This document shows positions 32,094-42,575 of a stretch of 64,000 nt of DNA, one piece after another. The position numbers and the translations under genes are program-made. The stretch comes from a virus. The notes under the pieces were generated by a model that did no database searches, was not told where the DNA came from, and was given only the letters and a program-made list of their open reading frames with translations. Each line of letters opens with the position of its first letter. Positions within the stretch are counted from its first letter, which is position 1. Location: positions 71,400-135,399 of the IMG/VR virus record IMGVR_UViG_3300021142_000007, one strand, 5' to 3'.

Positions 32094-33692
32094 TCATATT
32101 TTAAAAGTTGTAAATTCGTTATTGATAAAATTCAAGTGTTGAGCTTTACCGTCTTCATGTATAAGAACATGTGATTGTAACCATGTACTTGGGCCTACAT
32201 TATAACCAACCCTTAGTTTGGTTGAAGTACCTACAGATATTGCACCATCTTTACGGCCTGGTGTGTGAGAATGGCCAACAACTATTTTGGTGTTCAATTG
32301 ACGGAACTGTAAAAGTGAACCACGACTACCATTAGAACCTTGGTCTCCATGTTGTCCAAGCTCCCATCCTCCCTTAACCTTATAAGAGGCATTGCGACCT
32401 AGCGTAATAAACTTAGGATAGGTTTTCTTTATTAGTGCTGGTATAACACCCTCCACCTTCATAGGGTTCTTTGCGTGTTGTTCAAGAAGTATATCTGACA
32501 ATTGCATATACAACCTAGAGTTTTTATAGGTAGGTTGTTTCTTCCAGTCTTCGTTCTTTAACCATCTATCAAGGAAGTCATCATGGTTGCTTCTAACGAT
32601 AACAACATTTTTGAACTTCTCAAAGTCCTTAAGACCCTTCGTCATCATATCCAATTCTTTCTGTAGGTCATTGGTACCATTTATCTCTTTACCGTACTGA
32701 AGAAAAGGGTCCTTCATTTGATGATGTGATATCGAATCACCGTCAAATACGTCATGTAATATAACGTGATTTGGCTTGTACTTGTTCATGAACTTAAGTG
32801 TTGTATCCAAAACCTTTTGGTCATGCTGACCATAGTGTATATCACCAAGTATGATAGCTTCAATAGTCTTTATACTAGTTACCTTACCTTTTTCAACCTT
32901 ATAAATCAAATCAGTAAAAGAACCTGTCTTATCATCAGCTGTTACTTGTCTTATGAAAAAGACATCGTTATCTTTTATTTCTATGATAACAAAGCCAAGC
33001 GTATGGTGAAATTCACCCTTTTTGCCAGACTTTGAATCTGTATAATTCATAACGGTAACAGCACCAGTTGTGAGCATCATCTTAGGCTTATTACCTTCAA
33101 GGACAGGTATCATTTCCATTTGAACCTTTGGGCTACCAAACACACAAGAGTTGATTCCGCTTATACCTTGCATACCACTCATTGGGTTAACGGCTGTTGG
33201 TTGTATCTTTATATCGGACATGATAGATACGTACTTGTGAATATCATGACGATTAGCGTCAGCGTAGCGTTCAACCTCTTCAACCCAAGCTTCATTTTCA
33301 GCATCAGCAAATACCGATGTTGGATTCTTATAACGACCAAGAATTATGTGGATACTTGCATCTATCTTTTTAGCATAGGCTTCAAGGTTCTGATAAAAAC
33401 CCTCATGTACTGGTGTGTTGTTTTGCGCCCAAGTAACCAAGAAGCGTTTTTTGCTTTTATCAAAAACACGTTTTTTTGCCAGAGTATATAATTCTGGTTC
33501 TGGAGTTTCTTTCTCTTTTAAGCCAAGTCTTTCACTTAACCATTTTCTGGCAGTTCTTTCTGAGATGTTATATTGAGAACCAATTTTAGTAGCTAACTGT
33601 TCAACGGTTAAAGCTAAAGATTTTCTATTTTTATAATTATCCATTATAACCAATAATTCATCATCAGTTAGTTCATTAAATTTTTTTCCCAT
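32094..33692 (-). CDS. T5 A1-like HTH-metallophosphoesterase
   Basis: TWAQN, GDIH, HDVFD, SNHDD, HGD.GSNGSRGS, GHSHTP, YNVGPSTW. Confidence 0.7.
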   Translation of the reverse strand: MGKKFNELTDDELLVIMDNYKNRKSLALTVEQLATKIGSQYNISERTARKWLSERLGLKEKETPEPELYTLAKKRVFDKSKKRFLVTWAQNNTPVHEGFYQNLEAYAKKIDASIHIILGRYKNPTSVFADAENEAWVEEVERYADANRHDIHKYVSIMSDIKIQPTAVNPMSGMQGISGINSCVFGSPKVQMEMIPVLEGNKPKMMLTTGAVTVMNYTDSKSGKKGEFHHTLGFVIIEIKDNDVFFIRQVTADDKTGSFTDLIYKVEKGKVTSIKTIEAIILGDIHYGQHDQKVLDTTLKFMNKYKPNHVILHDVFDGDSISHHQMKDPFLQYGKEINGTNDLQKELDMMTKGLKDFEKFKNVVIVRSNHDDFLDRWLKNEDWKKQPTYKNSRLYMQLSDILLEQHAKNPMKVEGVIPALIKKTYPKFITLGRNASYKVKGGWELGQHGDQGSNGSRGSLLQFRQLNTKIVVGHSHTPGRKDGAISVGTSTKLRVGYNVGPSTWLQSHVLIHEDGKAQHLNFINNEFTTFKI

Positions 33693-33866
33693 ATTTTTTT
33701 AATTTTTGAAACATTTTCATTGTATTTTACAATAACAAGTTTAATTTTATTTTTTTTACAAAATTTTATTTTTATTTTATCTTTCTTTTGTCGGTCTTTG
33801 AAGGCTTTTTCGCCACCAAAACCATCTATTGATTTATAATGTTGAATACCGTTGAATTCAATACCA
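33668..33866 (-). pseudogene. C-terminal remnant of DUF559/Vsr-like endonuclease
   Basis: IEFNGIQHY...KDKIK..FC...IKL.IVKY matches the C-termini of 35533-36240 and 42568-43482. Confidence 0.75.
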
Positions 33867-34139
33867 AGCATCGGTTTCAAGGGTATCGAAGTCTGTTAAT
33901 ACTACACTGATTTCATCAGACTGCGTATATGCAAACTTAGCCCCTTGGATATTTTCACATAGGAAAACACTTGTTGCATCCATATCATCACTGAAGCCAT
34001 CATCAAATGGCTTAGTAAGATTTTTGGTGAACTTTGAGAAGCCTCTACCGTCCAAGCGGATAATGGTGATAAGTCTTCTTGTTAGGAACTGCTTTGTCCT
34101 ATCTTCGTAATGAGTTTTAATTCTATCCCCTAGATTCAT
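33858..34139 (-). pseudogene. Truncated tRNA(His) guanylyltransferase Thg1-like
   Basis: IIRLDGRGFSKFT, KPFD, YTQSDEIS; stops at 93 aa. Confidence 0.85.
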
Positions 34140-34278
34140 ATCTTATAGTGTTATTAGTAGAAAAAACATGAGCCATCCCCAACCATCTTTTCCGTTATAC
34201 GCTAGAAAAACAGAACCTGCTAACAGGGCCAATTGGAGTATTCTTCTGTATTGAATATTGTTAATTATTTGTTTCATA

Positions 34279-35262
34279 TTATCTTGATTTTTTCAATGCT
34301 TCGTAACTGTACTCGCAATCTATCGCATAGATTGCTAATGCAATTTGGTCAGCAACTGTTAGTGTTTTTATTTTTTCGTATGCTGGTCCAGTCTCAAAAG
34401 ACTTAACCCTTAGTGAATCGCTAACTACCAACTCAACCAGCTTTGAATTGGCAATATTCTCATATGCTTTTCCAGATAAGACACCATGACTAATCAAGGC
34501 TCTTACGCTTTTGGCACCATTTTCAAGCAATACTTCAGCGGCTTTGCAAAGAGTACCAGCAGTATCAACCATGTCATCAAGGATGATAACGTCTTTGTTG
34601 GTTACAGCACCTATGATTATCATTTCATCAACCTTGTTAGCCTCTTTACGAGTCTTATCCATCATAACGATTGGTATGTTAATACCATATCTTTCGTTTA
34701 CTTGTTCTTTGATACGTTTTACCCTCTTACCAGAACCAGCATCTGGACCGCAAAATACCGTATCTTTGGTATGTATGCTACTGATATACTCGTCAAATAT
34801 ATTCTTACCCTCTATATGTGTTACAGGTATTTCAAAAAACCCTTGTATTTGGTCTGCATGAAGGTCATATGTGATGATTGCCGTTGCACCAATAGCTTCA
34901 AGCTTCAAAGCCATAAGCTTAGCACCTATCGGACCTCTAACTTGGTCCTTTTTGTCACTTCTTTGATAAGGGAAAAAAGGTAATATAGGTATAATTTCTT
35001 TAGCAAAAGCCCTTTTTGCCGCGTCTATAGCCAATTCAAGTTTAATTATTTCGTCAGAATTTATTGGTGAAGTTAAAATATATACTCTTTTACCTCTAAT
35101 CGAATCAATAAAATCGACAGACAATTCGCCATCAGAAAATTTCTGATTATTTATTGAACCTAAAATTAGGTTTATTTTAGCATCAAATAAATTAATTTTA
35201 TTTATTATTTTATCGGGTAATTCTTTACGGCCATCTAAGCTAACTAAAATTGATTCAATCAT
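34279..35262 (-). CDS. prs: Ribose-phosphate pyrophosphokinase family protein
   Basis: FSDGE, PYQRSDK, DLHADQIQGFF, PDAG, DDMVDTAGT. Confidence 0.92.
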   Translation of the reverse strand: MIESILVSLDGRKELPDKIINKINLFDAKINLILGSINNQKFSDGELSVDFIDSIRGKRVYILTSPINSDEIIKLELAIDAAKRAFAKEIIPILPFFPYQRSDKKDQVRGPIGAKLMALKLEAIGATAIITYDLHADQIQGFFEIPVTHIEGKNIFDEYISSIHTKDTVFCGPDAGSGKRVKRIKEQVNERYGINIPIVMMDKTRKEANKVDEMIIIGAVTNKDVIILDDMVDTAGTLCKAAEVLLENGAKSVRALISHGVLSGKAYENIANSKLVELVVSDSLRVKSFETGPAYEKIKTLTVADQIALAIYAIDCEYSYEALKKSR

Positions 35263-35381
35263 AATATATTTTTATTCGATACAAAGGTACGAATAAATCT
35301 TGACAATAACAAATATTTTTAAAAATATCTGATAAAAATATGATTTTTTCAAAACGTTAAATATTTATATATAAATTAATA

Positions 35382-35531
35382 ATGGCAAGACCAAGACTAA
35401 AACAAGAAGACCAAAAAGGCAAATTAGGTATAACTATTTCTAAAGAATTAATTACTAAAATAGAAAGAGAATCAAATAATAAATCTAAATTCATAGAAAA
35501 TCTTGTTATTAAATATTTTAAAAATAAATAA
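35382..35531 (+). CDS. Small ribbon-helix-helix-like protein (49 aa, not in ORF track)
   Basis: MARPRLKQEDQKGKLGITISKELITKIERESNNKSKFIENLVIKYFKNK, directly before the endonuclease start. Confidence 0.65.
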   Translation: MARPRLKQEDQKGKLGITISKELITKIERESNNKSKFIENLVIKYFKNK

Positions 35532-35532
35532 A

Positions 35533-36240
35533 ATGAAAAAATTAACAAGTGAAGAGATTATTAAACGATTTGTTAAAATACACGGAACTAAATATGATTA
35601 CTCTAAAGTAGTGTATACTGGTGCAAAATCAAAGGTAATAGTTATATGCCGAAAACATGGTGAATTTGGTGTTATCCTTGATAAACATGTATTGGGTTCT
35701 AATTGTCCCAAATGTGTTGCCGAGCAGTACCACAAAGACTTTAAAAAATCAACAAATGAGTTTATAAATAGAGCTATTGAAATACATGGAGATAAATATG
35801 ATTATTCATTAGTTAATTATATCAATAATAAAACCAAAGTTAGTATCATTTGCCCTAAACATGGTATTTTCACCCAAAGAAGTAGTTCTCATATTAAAGG
35901 ATACGGGTGTAATATGTGTAAAGAAAGTTTTGGTGAGCGTAATATTAGAAAGATATTAGAAAACCGTAAAATTAACTTTAAATCTCAACATAGATTTAAT
36001 GATTGTCGTTTAAAATTACCTTTACCTTTTGATTTTTATTTACCAGAGCATAACACATGTATTGAATTTAACGGTAAACAACATTATGAATATAATCATT
36101 TTTTTGTTTCAAAAAAAGGGTTTAATGAATTACAAGAAAGAGATGAAATTAAAAGTCTCTATTGTAGAGAGAAAGGAATTAAACTTATTGTAATTAGATA
36201 TGATGAAAATATTGAAAACAAACTTACTAGTATTAACTAA
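35533..36240 (+). CDS. Homing endonuclease (DUF723-like Zn repeats plus Vsr/DUF559-like nuclease)
   Basis: Repeats HG.KYDYS...C..HG.F...H..G..CP.C; LPFDFYLP..CIEFNG.QHY. Confidence 0.8.
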   Translation: MKKLTSEEIIKRFVKIHGTKYDYSKVVYTGAKSKVIVICRKHGEFGVILDKHVLGSNCPKCVAEQYHKDFKKSTNEFINRAIEIHGDKYDYSLVNYINNKTKVSIICPKHGIFTQRSSSHIKGYGCNMCKESFGERNIRKILENRKINFKSQHRFNDCRLKLPLPFDFYLPEHNTCIEFNGKQHYEYNHFFVSKKGFNELQERDEIKSLYCREKGIKLIVIRYDENIENKLTSIN

Positions 36241-36286
36241 CGAAAATCATGAGTCTCAATTGAGGAGTTAATTCTAAATAACCAAA

Positions 36287-36751
36287 TTATTCTAACAAAT
36301 AATCTTTAACCTTATCAGAACCATACTTCAAGAGTGTTCTGATACCTGAACTAGATATGTGTTCGTACTCCTTATCGCAGAATATGCTTATGAGCTGTAT
36401 ATCTGGCATGAGGTCTTGCAAATAACGATATTGATTCATTTCGTACTGAAGGTCCACAGAATTTCTAAGCCCACGAATAACCGTTACATTTTCATAATGA
36501 AAAACCTCTTCTTTTTCTGGAAAATAAACGATTTGAGATTCCTTAATGAATTCGGTTAATAAACAATTATAGTCTCGAACAATGTAGTTATCCATTATTA
36601 GCTTTGGCATTGGAAGCAATGCGTTGTTTTTCTCTGGATTAAAACCTCTAGCGATTATGACCTTATCAAAAATCTTCTCGGCCTTTTGTAGTATGTTGTA
36701 GTGACCACGATGAAACGGGTTAAAACTACCAGGGTAGACTCCTAATCTCAT
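36287..36751 (-). CDS. coaD: Phosphopantetheine adenylyltransferase
   Basis: YPGSFNPFHRGH, IRGLR, ISSS. Confidence 0.85.
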   Translation of the reverse strand: MRLGVYPGSFNPFHRGHYNILQKAEKIFDKVIIARGFNPEKNNALLPMPKLIMDNYIVRDYNCLLTEFIKESQIVYFPEKEEVFHYENVTVIRGLRNSVDLQYEMNQYRYLQDLMPDIQLISIFCDKEYEHISSSGIRTLLKYGSDKVKDYLLE

Positions 36752-37374
36752 ATGCTTATTTTAGCGTTATAGTAACCTTTTTTATGTACTTAGGGTCAAT
36801 CTGATTCAAGTCGCTAGTATCTTCTAGCTTAGTACCTTCATTGAAGGTTACATTCAACGATAATACTTCGTCTTTTTGAACAGCTTCAACCATTTGAAAT
36901 ACTTCATCTGGTAATACGTTATCATCACCAACATGGTTTAGTATTTCTTTTCCGTCTTTAAGTATTGATAGTTCCATATGTTAATTTATTTTTTTCCAAT
37001 TTCTATCGTGATAACGTGTTTTGTACGTCCCAAGCTCGAAGCTCTGATTAAATAATATGATATCCAATGCCATAGGTAATTCAGAATATAGCTTATCCCA
37101 TTCTTCTTTGCGTTCAGAATAGTCTGGTAATTCACTTTGGTCCATAGGATTAAAATCCGCTGGCTTTCCATTAAGTATCGTATTGATGGCATCATACAAG
37201 TATGTTTCTCCAAATGGAGGCGCAACTCCATCGCCTTCATCAGCAACAGAACATATAACGTTATCTGGGTTCTTGGACCAACGCAAGTGCTTTAATAGCT
37301 TTACGTGTTCCTCTTTTAATTCAAATGTAAGTACACTCATTATTCATCATTTTTATGGGTCCCAATTGCTTGGG

Positions 37375-37677
37375 TTATTTTACAGCAGTATACACAGCCT
37401 TAAGCAGTGAAGATGTTATTCTGACGATTATTCCGAAGCCACCAACGTAACCGAAGTCATACCAGTGACCATTGTTATTTACAGCGTAAACCTTTATCGA
37501 ATCGTCAAACAAGCTTCCGATAAAAGAAACGAACATTATCATACCATGCCATACGCCGCCCCAAAATCCGTATATATGTGTTGAATCTGCAACATGTACG
37601 GTTACGTTAGGTGAATGAGCACAACTTGCTAGTGTTAATATAAGCAAGGCAGCCAAAAATAGTTTTAAGTTTTTCAT
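37375..37677 (-). CDS. Membrane lipoprotein
   Basis: LASC lipobox; GFWGGVWHG, WYDFGY. Confidence 0.6.
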   Translation of the reverse strand: MKNLKLFLAALLILTLASCAHSPNVTVHVADSTHIYGFWGGVWHGMIMFVSFIGSLFDDSIKVYAVNNNGHWYDFGYVGGFGIIVRITSSLLKAVYTAVK

Positions 37678-37695
37678 ATATTTGTTTATTTTAAT

Positions 37696-38160
37696 TTAGA
37701 ACATGTGCGGTATGGTTTTTTCACCACTACCATATTTATGCTTCAACAACAACAAAACCAAGTTCCATTCGGTGTTCGGGTCAAAGCCAGCCTTATCCTC
37801 GAACAACACATTCATGTATGGTTTTTTATCATAACAACCATAACCATTTATATCGGTTGGAACTTCTGGATTTTCGTTTACATACTTGAATCTTATGTTG
37901 TTTTCTTCAAATAGCTTAAGATATTGTTCTATCTCATGAGGATGTGAACATGTATACAGAACCATAACGATATCATCAAGTTCGCTTATGAATTGCAGAG
38001 CCTCTTTTGCATGTGGATAGAATTCTGTTGGAATATCATTGGCCTTGTAGTTAGGCTTTATGATGGTTCCATGGATATCAAAAAACCAGTAGGTCTTGTC
38101 CCATCCGCGTTTTTCTTTAATTTCGAAATGATTTTTTAATATGGAGTTAATTATAGACAT
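37696..38160 (-). CDS. HAD-like hydrolase
   Basis: FDIHGTI, YTCS, EDKAGF. Confidence 0.65.
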   Translation of the reverse strand: MSIINSILKNHFEIKEKRGWDKTYWFFDIHGTIIKPNYKANDIPTEFYPHAKEALQFISELDDIVMVLYTCSHPHEIEQYLKLFEENNIRFKYVNENPEVPTDINGYGCYDKKPYMNVLFEDKAGFDPNTEWNLVLLLLKHKYGSGEKTIPHMF

Positions 38161-38325
38161 GATTATTTTTTAAATATGTTTTGAAAATCAATTCTTTTCA
38201 TCGAATAAAAGGTCTTATCATGTTCGAAGTAAACCGTATCTCCGCTATGGAAAATATTTGTTGGTTCCCATTTCTGTACAACCTCAACTTCAAGATTTTT
38301 CTCTGATTCATTGGCAACGCCAACC

Positions 38326-38808
38326 TTAACTATTTTGTTCATTTAGTATGCTAAGTATTTTTTCTTTTATCCCAGTCTTCTTTATTCCTTCTTGCTCATT
38401 AGGACATCTAACAAAGTTATCACCTAAGAAATTGCTCATATCGATATCATCGATTGCAACCCATTTAATGTCATTCTTCCATGCATGTATGGTTAACCAA
38501 GTCTTTATTTCATCAGCTCGTCCTTCTTCTAGGCTATTTCCTTTATATAAGGGACTTGATGGAGTAAATCCAATTGGACCCTTAAAAACGAAGTTATGTG
38601 CAAATATTTCACGTAGTTCCTGAAGCGTGTAGTTATTTCTCCAATCAGAAGATATGATTATCTCAGCATTGGTTTCTTGTAGAATGAAATTCAAAACAGC
38701 TACAGCCTTCGGGTCGAACATATAAGCATCCCATTTATTATGGGTGCCACGTCCATAACAAGAAGTGGTACACATTACTCCGTCAATATCAAGGAAGATT
38801 AGCTTCAT
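38326..38808 (-). CDS. HAD domain protein (RNA-repair type)
   Basis: FLDIDGVM, ISSDWR, AIDD. Confidence 0.8.
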   Translation of the reverse strand: MKLIFLDIDGVMCTTSCYGRGTHNKWDAYMFDPKAVAVLNFILQETNAEIIISSDWRNNYTLQELREIFAHNFVFKGPIGFTPSSPLYKGNSLEEGRADEIKTWLTIHAWKNDIKWVAIDDIDMSNFLGDNFVRCPNEQEGIKKTGIKEKILSILNEQNS

Positions 38809-39193
38809 AACACAAAGGTACTAAAAAAATTTGAAATGTCAAAGCTTTTAGAATAAAAGACTCGTAAAATGTTGTACACCGTTTTCATCATAGTATAAAA
38901 CTGTCATATTATCTATGAAAGCATAATAATCATGATTGGTTATGTCATAGGTCAAAAACCCTAAAACACTAGGCGCATTATTCTTATATGCGATGTCATC
39001 ATATTCATCAGTATCCTCAGATTCAATCATCATATTTAAGACGGTCAAGTCTCTTTTTAGAGTATCTAAGGCTGACTCGTCATACATGAAGTTTCTTTCT
39101 GATAGCCCATCTCCATCACCATGCGTATACTCAAGTATGAGTTCATAAGATGAAGTTGGGTTTACTACTGGTCTGTCTATTCTTATCTCCATA

Positions 39194-39658
39194 TTAATTT
39201 TTTTCTGGTACGTAATTAACTATCGTAACATATTCGCCACGCATTTCTTCTTCGATTATTTTTTCTATGATTTCCCATGAACCCCCTGCTAATCCAGAAC
39301 CCATGCGATTAAAGCCGAATGTCTTTCCAGAGAATTTTTCTTTCATAAGTTTTATCGCCGACCTTAAAGCGTCATACTTAACCATTACTTCATCTTGATG
39401 TTTCTTCTTAAAATCGTACATACCATAAAGGTTAACAACGATTGGCGTTGTTTTCTCGGTAAATGAAATGGTGCCAAGCTTATTAATGTCGCCTTTATTT
39501 GTGGCGCAATCAACAGCGTATGCTTCTGGATACTTAGCCTTTATTTGTGGTGCTATTCCAGCACCAAAAGTTAAAAAACAATTACAGCAATGGCCAATAA
39601 CATCGAAGTTCCCTTCTTCTGCAAGTTTTAATAAATCTCCATCTATATATTTAATCAT
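39194..39658 (-). CDS. Macrodomain (ADP-ribose processing) protein
   Basis: GDLL, HCCNC..TFGAGIA, GSGLAGGSW. Confidence 0.85.
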   Translation of the reverse strand: MIKYIDGDLLKLAEEGNFDVIGHCCNCFLTFGAGIAPQIKAKYPEAYAVDCATNKGDINKLGTISFTEKTTPIVVNLYGMYDFKKKHQDEVMVKYDALRSAIKLMKEKFSGKTFGFNRMGSGLAGGSWEIIEKIIEEEMRGEYVTIVNYVPEKN

Positions 39659-39669
39659 AATGTTTGTTT

Positions 39670-41274
39670 TTATTTTTTATAATATGAGTTTGTTCTTTCT
39701 CTGACTTCTTCAAAGGTATACTCTCGAACGATTTTTCCATCTTCGAATACGGTTACAAGTTCGTCAACTACATTATTGAAATCCGCATCTCTGGAAGTAA
39801 CGGTACGATATGTGCCATCCTCGTTCTTAACGAGTTTCAAACGGCCTTGTTTTGACTTCTTGAAAGATGGCTTCAAGTTGCCATCAGCATCAACTTCGGT
39901 TGGAGACTTAACCAAGTCACGTTCAACACCATTCACAACTGCAAAGCAAGCTTTGGTAGCGAAGTTTTGAGTGTCACGGTTGATATCCGCTTGAAGTAGT
40001 TTACCGCCCATTCCGAATACGATATTTTCAGCTGAAATCTTCAAGGTATCAAGTTTTTCATAGATAGCACCGATAGAATTTATGTTAACCCCATCACCTT
40101 GAATTACACGAACTTGTGGAGGCAGAACCTTATAGCCCTTTTCATTTACCGTATATCCGAACTTATCGAATAGTATTTCGAATACCAATTCAAGAGTCTT
40201 CAGAACATCACCAGAGTCTGGACGAATAACCAATTGGTTGCCTATCGTGGCTGGTCTGCTCAATACCAAATCACGTAGCTGGGTTCCCCAGTATTCTGAA
40301 CAAGCGCGAAGAATACCATATGAGTCTGACACACATGCTACTATACCTGTAGGATACATTTCAAGCACACGCTTCATCATTTCAACTTCTCCAGCTTCAC
40401 CTCTCATGGTCATGATTGAGTGTTCAGTTGCTGGTACGCTAAGACCAAATACACGTTCGGTGTTATAGTACTCGCAAATGAGCTTTGATGCTATGGTTGT
40501 ATCAGAACCCAAGAAGTTTACCAAGTGTGCGGAGCCACCAATAGCTGCTGACTGAACGCTTGATACACCACGGAAACCGAAGTCATTCAGAACGAATTCT
40601 ACCGACATATCGATTACGTCTTTCGGAAGACAAGTTGTCTTTTCGAAGTACTGATAGACTATTTTTTTGACTTCATGAGAGAGTGTTGCAACGGTAATTG
40701 GATACCAAATTTGAAGCATTATCGTTTCAAGGAAGTTCGTTAACCAATAGCAATTAGGGTCTGTGTTTTCGATGGTTAAAAGAACGTTCTTAACACCAAC
40801 TATGGTTCCTTCTGGAACAGCCTTTATGCGAACTGGAAGACGACCACCATGTACATCTATGATGTATTGGAACTTAGACTTGTCGAATACATCGTCACGA
40901 CCAAATACGCCTAGCTTTGTACCTAGATACTCATAGGCTTCATCAAGTTCTTCTTGTGTTATGGCTACACCTTCTATGTATTCTTTCATGAAGGCTTGAA
41001 GACCGTAAAAAACGGTCTCGCTGAACTTACCACCACGTGATTCAAGATATGAGTATATGGTAGTAGTGTTTTCTTCATAAAACTTGTGGTGTGAATACTT
41101 GTAGGCATCACCCAGCAAAACGAGGTTATTCGGCTTATCAAGAGCCTTGGTTATAAGGCCTTGAAGTTCTTCTATCTGGGTCCAGTCTCTATTTTTTATT
41201 GCTTCTGCAAGTCGGTCTTTGATTACCGATTTAAGACCTATTTTTCTTTTTAGTTGTCTAGTTAGTGATTGCAT
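39670..41274 (-). CDS. nadV: Nicotinamide phosphoribosyltransferase
   Basis: DAYKYSH, DFGFRG, PATEHS, SDSY, IRPDSGD, GMGG.LLQ. Confidence 0.92.
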   Translation of the reverse strand: MQSLTRQLKRKIGLKSVIKDRLAEAIKNRDWTQIEELQGLITKALDKPNNLVLLGDAYKYSHHKFYEENTTTIYSYLESRGGKFSETVFYGLQAFMKEYIEGVAITQEELDEAYEYLGTKLGVFGRDDVFDKSKFQYIIDVHGGRLPVRIKAVPEGTIVGVKNVLLTIENTDPNCYWLTNFLETIMLQIWYPITVATLSHEVKKIVYQYFEKTTCLPKDVIDMSVEFVLNDFGFRGVSSVQSAAIGGSAHLVNFLGSDTTIASKLICEYYNTERVFGLSVPATEHSIMTMRGEAGEVEMMKRVLEMYPTGIVACVSDSYGILRACSEYWGTQLRDLVLSRPATIGNQLVIRPDSGDVLKTLELVFEILFDKFGYTVNEKGYKVLPPQVRVIQGDGVNINSIGAIYEKLDTLKISAENIVFGMGGKLLQADINRDTQNFATKACFAVVNGVERDLVKSPTEVDADGNLKPSFKKSKQGRLKLVKNEDGTYRTVTSRDADFNNVVDELVTVFEDGKIVREYTFEEVRERTNSYYKK

Positions 41275-41277
41275 ATA

Positions 41278-42219
41278 TTATTTTTGTGTTTTTATGTATT
41301 CTAATAGTTTCACGAATAGTTCTCTGTGTTCTGGCATGATATCCGTTTCGATACTTATGCTCTTAGGGTCCACCCATTTAAGTGCTTCGATATCATCGGT
41401 TGGCTTAGCAGAACCCCAAAGAAACTTACCAATGAAAAGAGTTGTCATGATACCAGACTTAGACTTAGCATAACGCCAGTCATTTATTTGAGCACTGGCA
41501 ACATACTTGAGGTCACCAAGTTCGCAACCACCAGTTTCTTCCATGAATTCCCTCTTCGCAGCTTGTTCCCATGAACTATCGGTTCTATCTACAAATCCAC
41601 CAATGAATCTGTAGAGTTTTTCGTTTGGCTTTCTAGCCAATAGGATTTCACCTTTTTCATTGTAAGCTACCACATCAACCGTAGGGTATGTAACTGGTCT
41701 CTGAGAAGATACTTGATATATAATACCTCTTCTGAAGTCAGAAGAAGATACTACTTCACGAGCAACACTTGCACGTACTTCGGTGCCGCTATAATTAACT
41801 TGAGCAACCACTTCTATGGTTTCATGTCGGCCAGAATAATGAGAAATGAAAGAGTCTCTGCTACCATAGAGGATAGCTTTTGCTTCACCGAAAGGAAGGG
41901 CTATTTGAGCGTCAAGATTAGATGACCATTTTGCATCATCACGAACATCTCTTTGTGGCAAGACAACCACGTTAGGATATAACTCTTGAATCATGGCTTT
42001 TCTTGTTGCGAAATCCAAGGGGTCATGTTCATTAGCAGTACCATTTGAAACCCCAAGTAATATAATAACTTGTTTGTGATAGTAACAAACAGTATTGATT
42101 AGTTGCTTGTGTCCCAGATGCAGGTCTGGAACTTGAAAACGTGCCATAACGACTCCGATGGGGTAGTCGTTCATGTTTATATCATGTTTTAGTTTTAGGA
42201 TATCGTATTTTTCTTCCAT
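41278..42219 (-). CDS. Bifunctional NMN adenylyltransferase/ADP-ribose Nudix (NadM-Nudix)
   Basis: ARFQ...HLGH, SGTEVR, GGFVD...AAKREFMEE. Confidence 0.88.
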   Translation of the reverse strand: MEEKYDILKLKHDINMNDYPIGVVMARFQVPDLHLGHKQLINTVCYYHKQVIILLGVSNGTANEHDPLDFATRKAMIQELYPNVVVLPQRDVRDDAKWSSNLDAQIALPFGEAKAILYGSRDSFISHYSGRHETIEVVAQVNYSGTEVRASVAREVVSSSDFRRGIIYQVSSQRPVTYPTVDVVAYNEKGEILLARKPNEKLYRFIGGFVDRTDSSWEQAAKREFMEETGGCELGDLKYVASAQINDWRYAKSKSGIMTTLFIGKFLWGSAKPTDDIEALKWVDPKSISIETDIMPEHRELFVKLLEYIKTQK

Positions 42220-42401
42220 TTTCTTTTATTTAACACAAAGGTACAAAAAAAATCCCGATAAACCAAATTATCGGGAACTTTTTTTAATTAATAAAACCCA
42301 TTCCTTTTCTTTCCTTTTTTACTTTTTTGTATTTTATTTAAAAATTTTAACAATTTATTTTTATTTTCGACATATTTATATGTATAAACAAATTAGTACT
42401 T

Positions 42402-42575
42402 ATGAAAAAAACAAGAGAAAGGTCTTTAAACGATAAAAAGCAAAAAACAGAATCAATGACATTTAGGATTGAACCAGAATTAAAAGATACATATCTTCAA
42501 TTTTGTGAAAAAAAAGGTTGTTCATATGGTAAAAGAATAAGACTTTTAATTAAAGAAGATTTAGAAAATGAGTGA
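42402..42575 (+). CDS. Small ribbon-helix-helix-like protein (57 aa, not in ORF track)
   Basis: ...TESMTFRIEPELKDTYLQFCEKKGCSYGKRIRLLIKEDLENE; overlaps the endonuclease ATG. Confidence 0.65.
   Translation: MKKTRERSLNDKKQKTESMTFRIEPELKDTYLQFCEKKGCSYGKRIRLLIKEDLENE

Noticed and set aside
36240-36290. Possible stranded 5' remnant of prs after the endonuclease
   Set aside because: Only a weak resemblance (SSIETHDF vs GSINNQKF); too short to support
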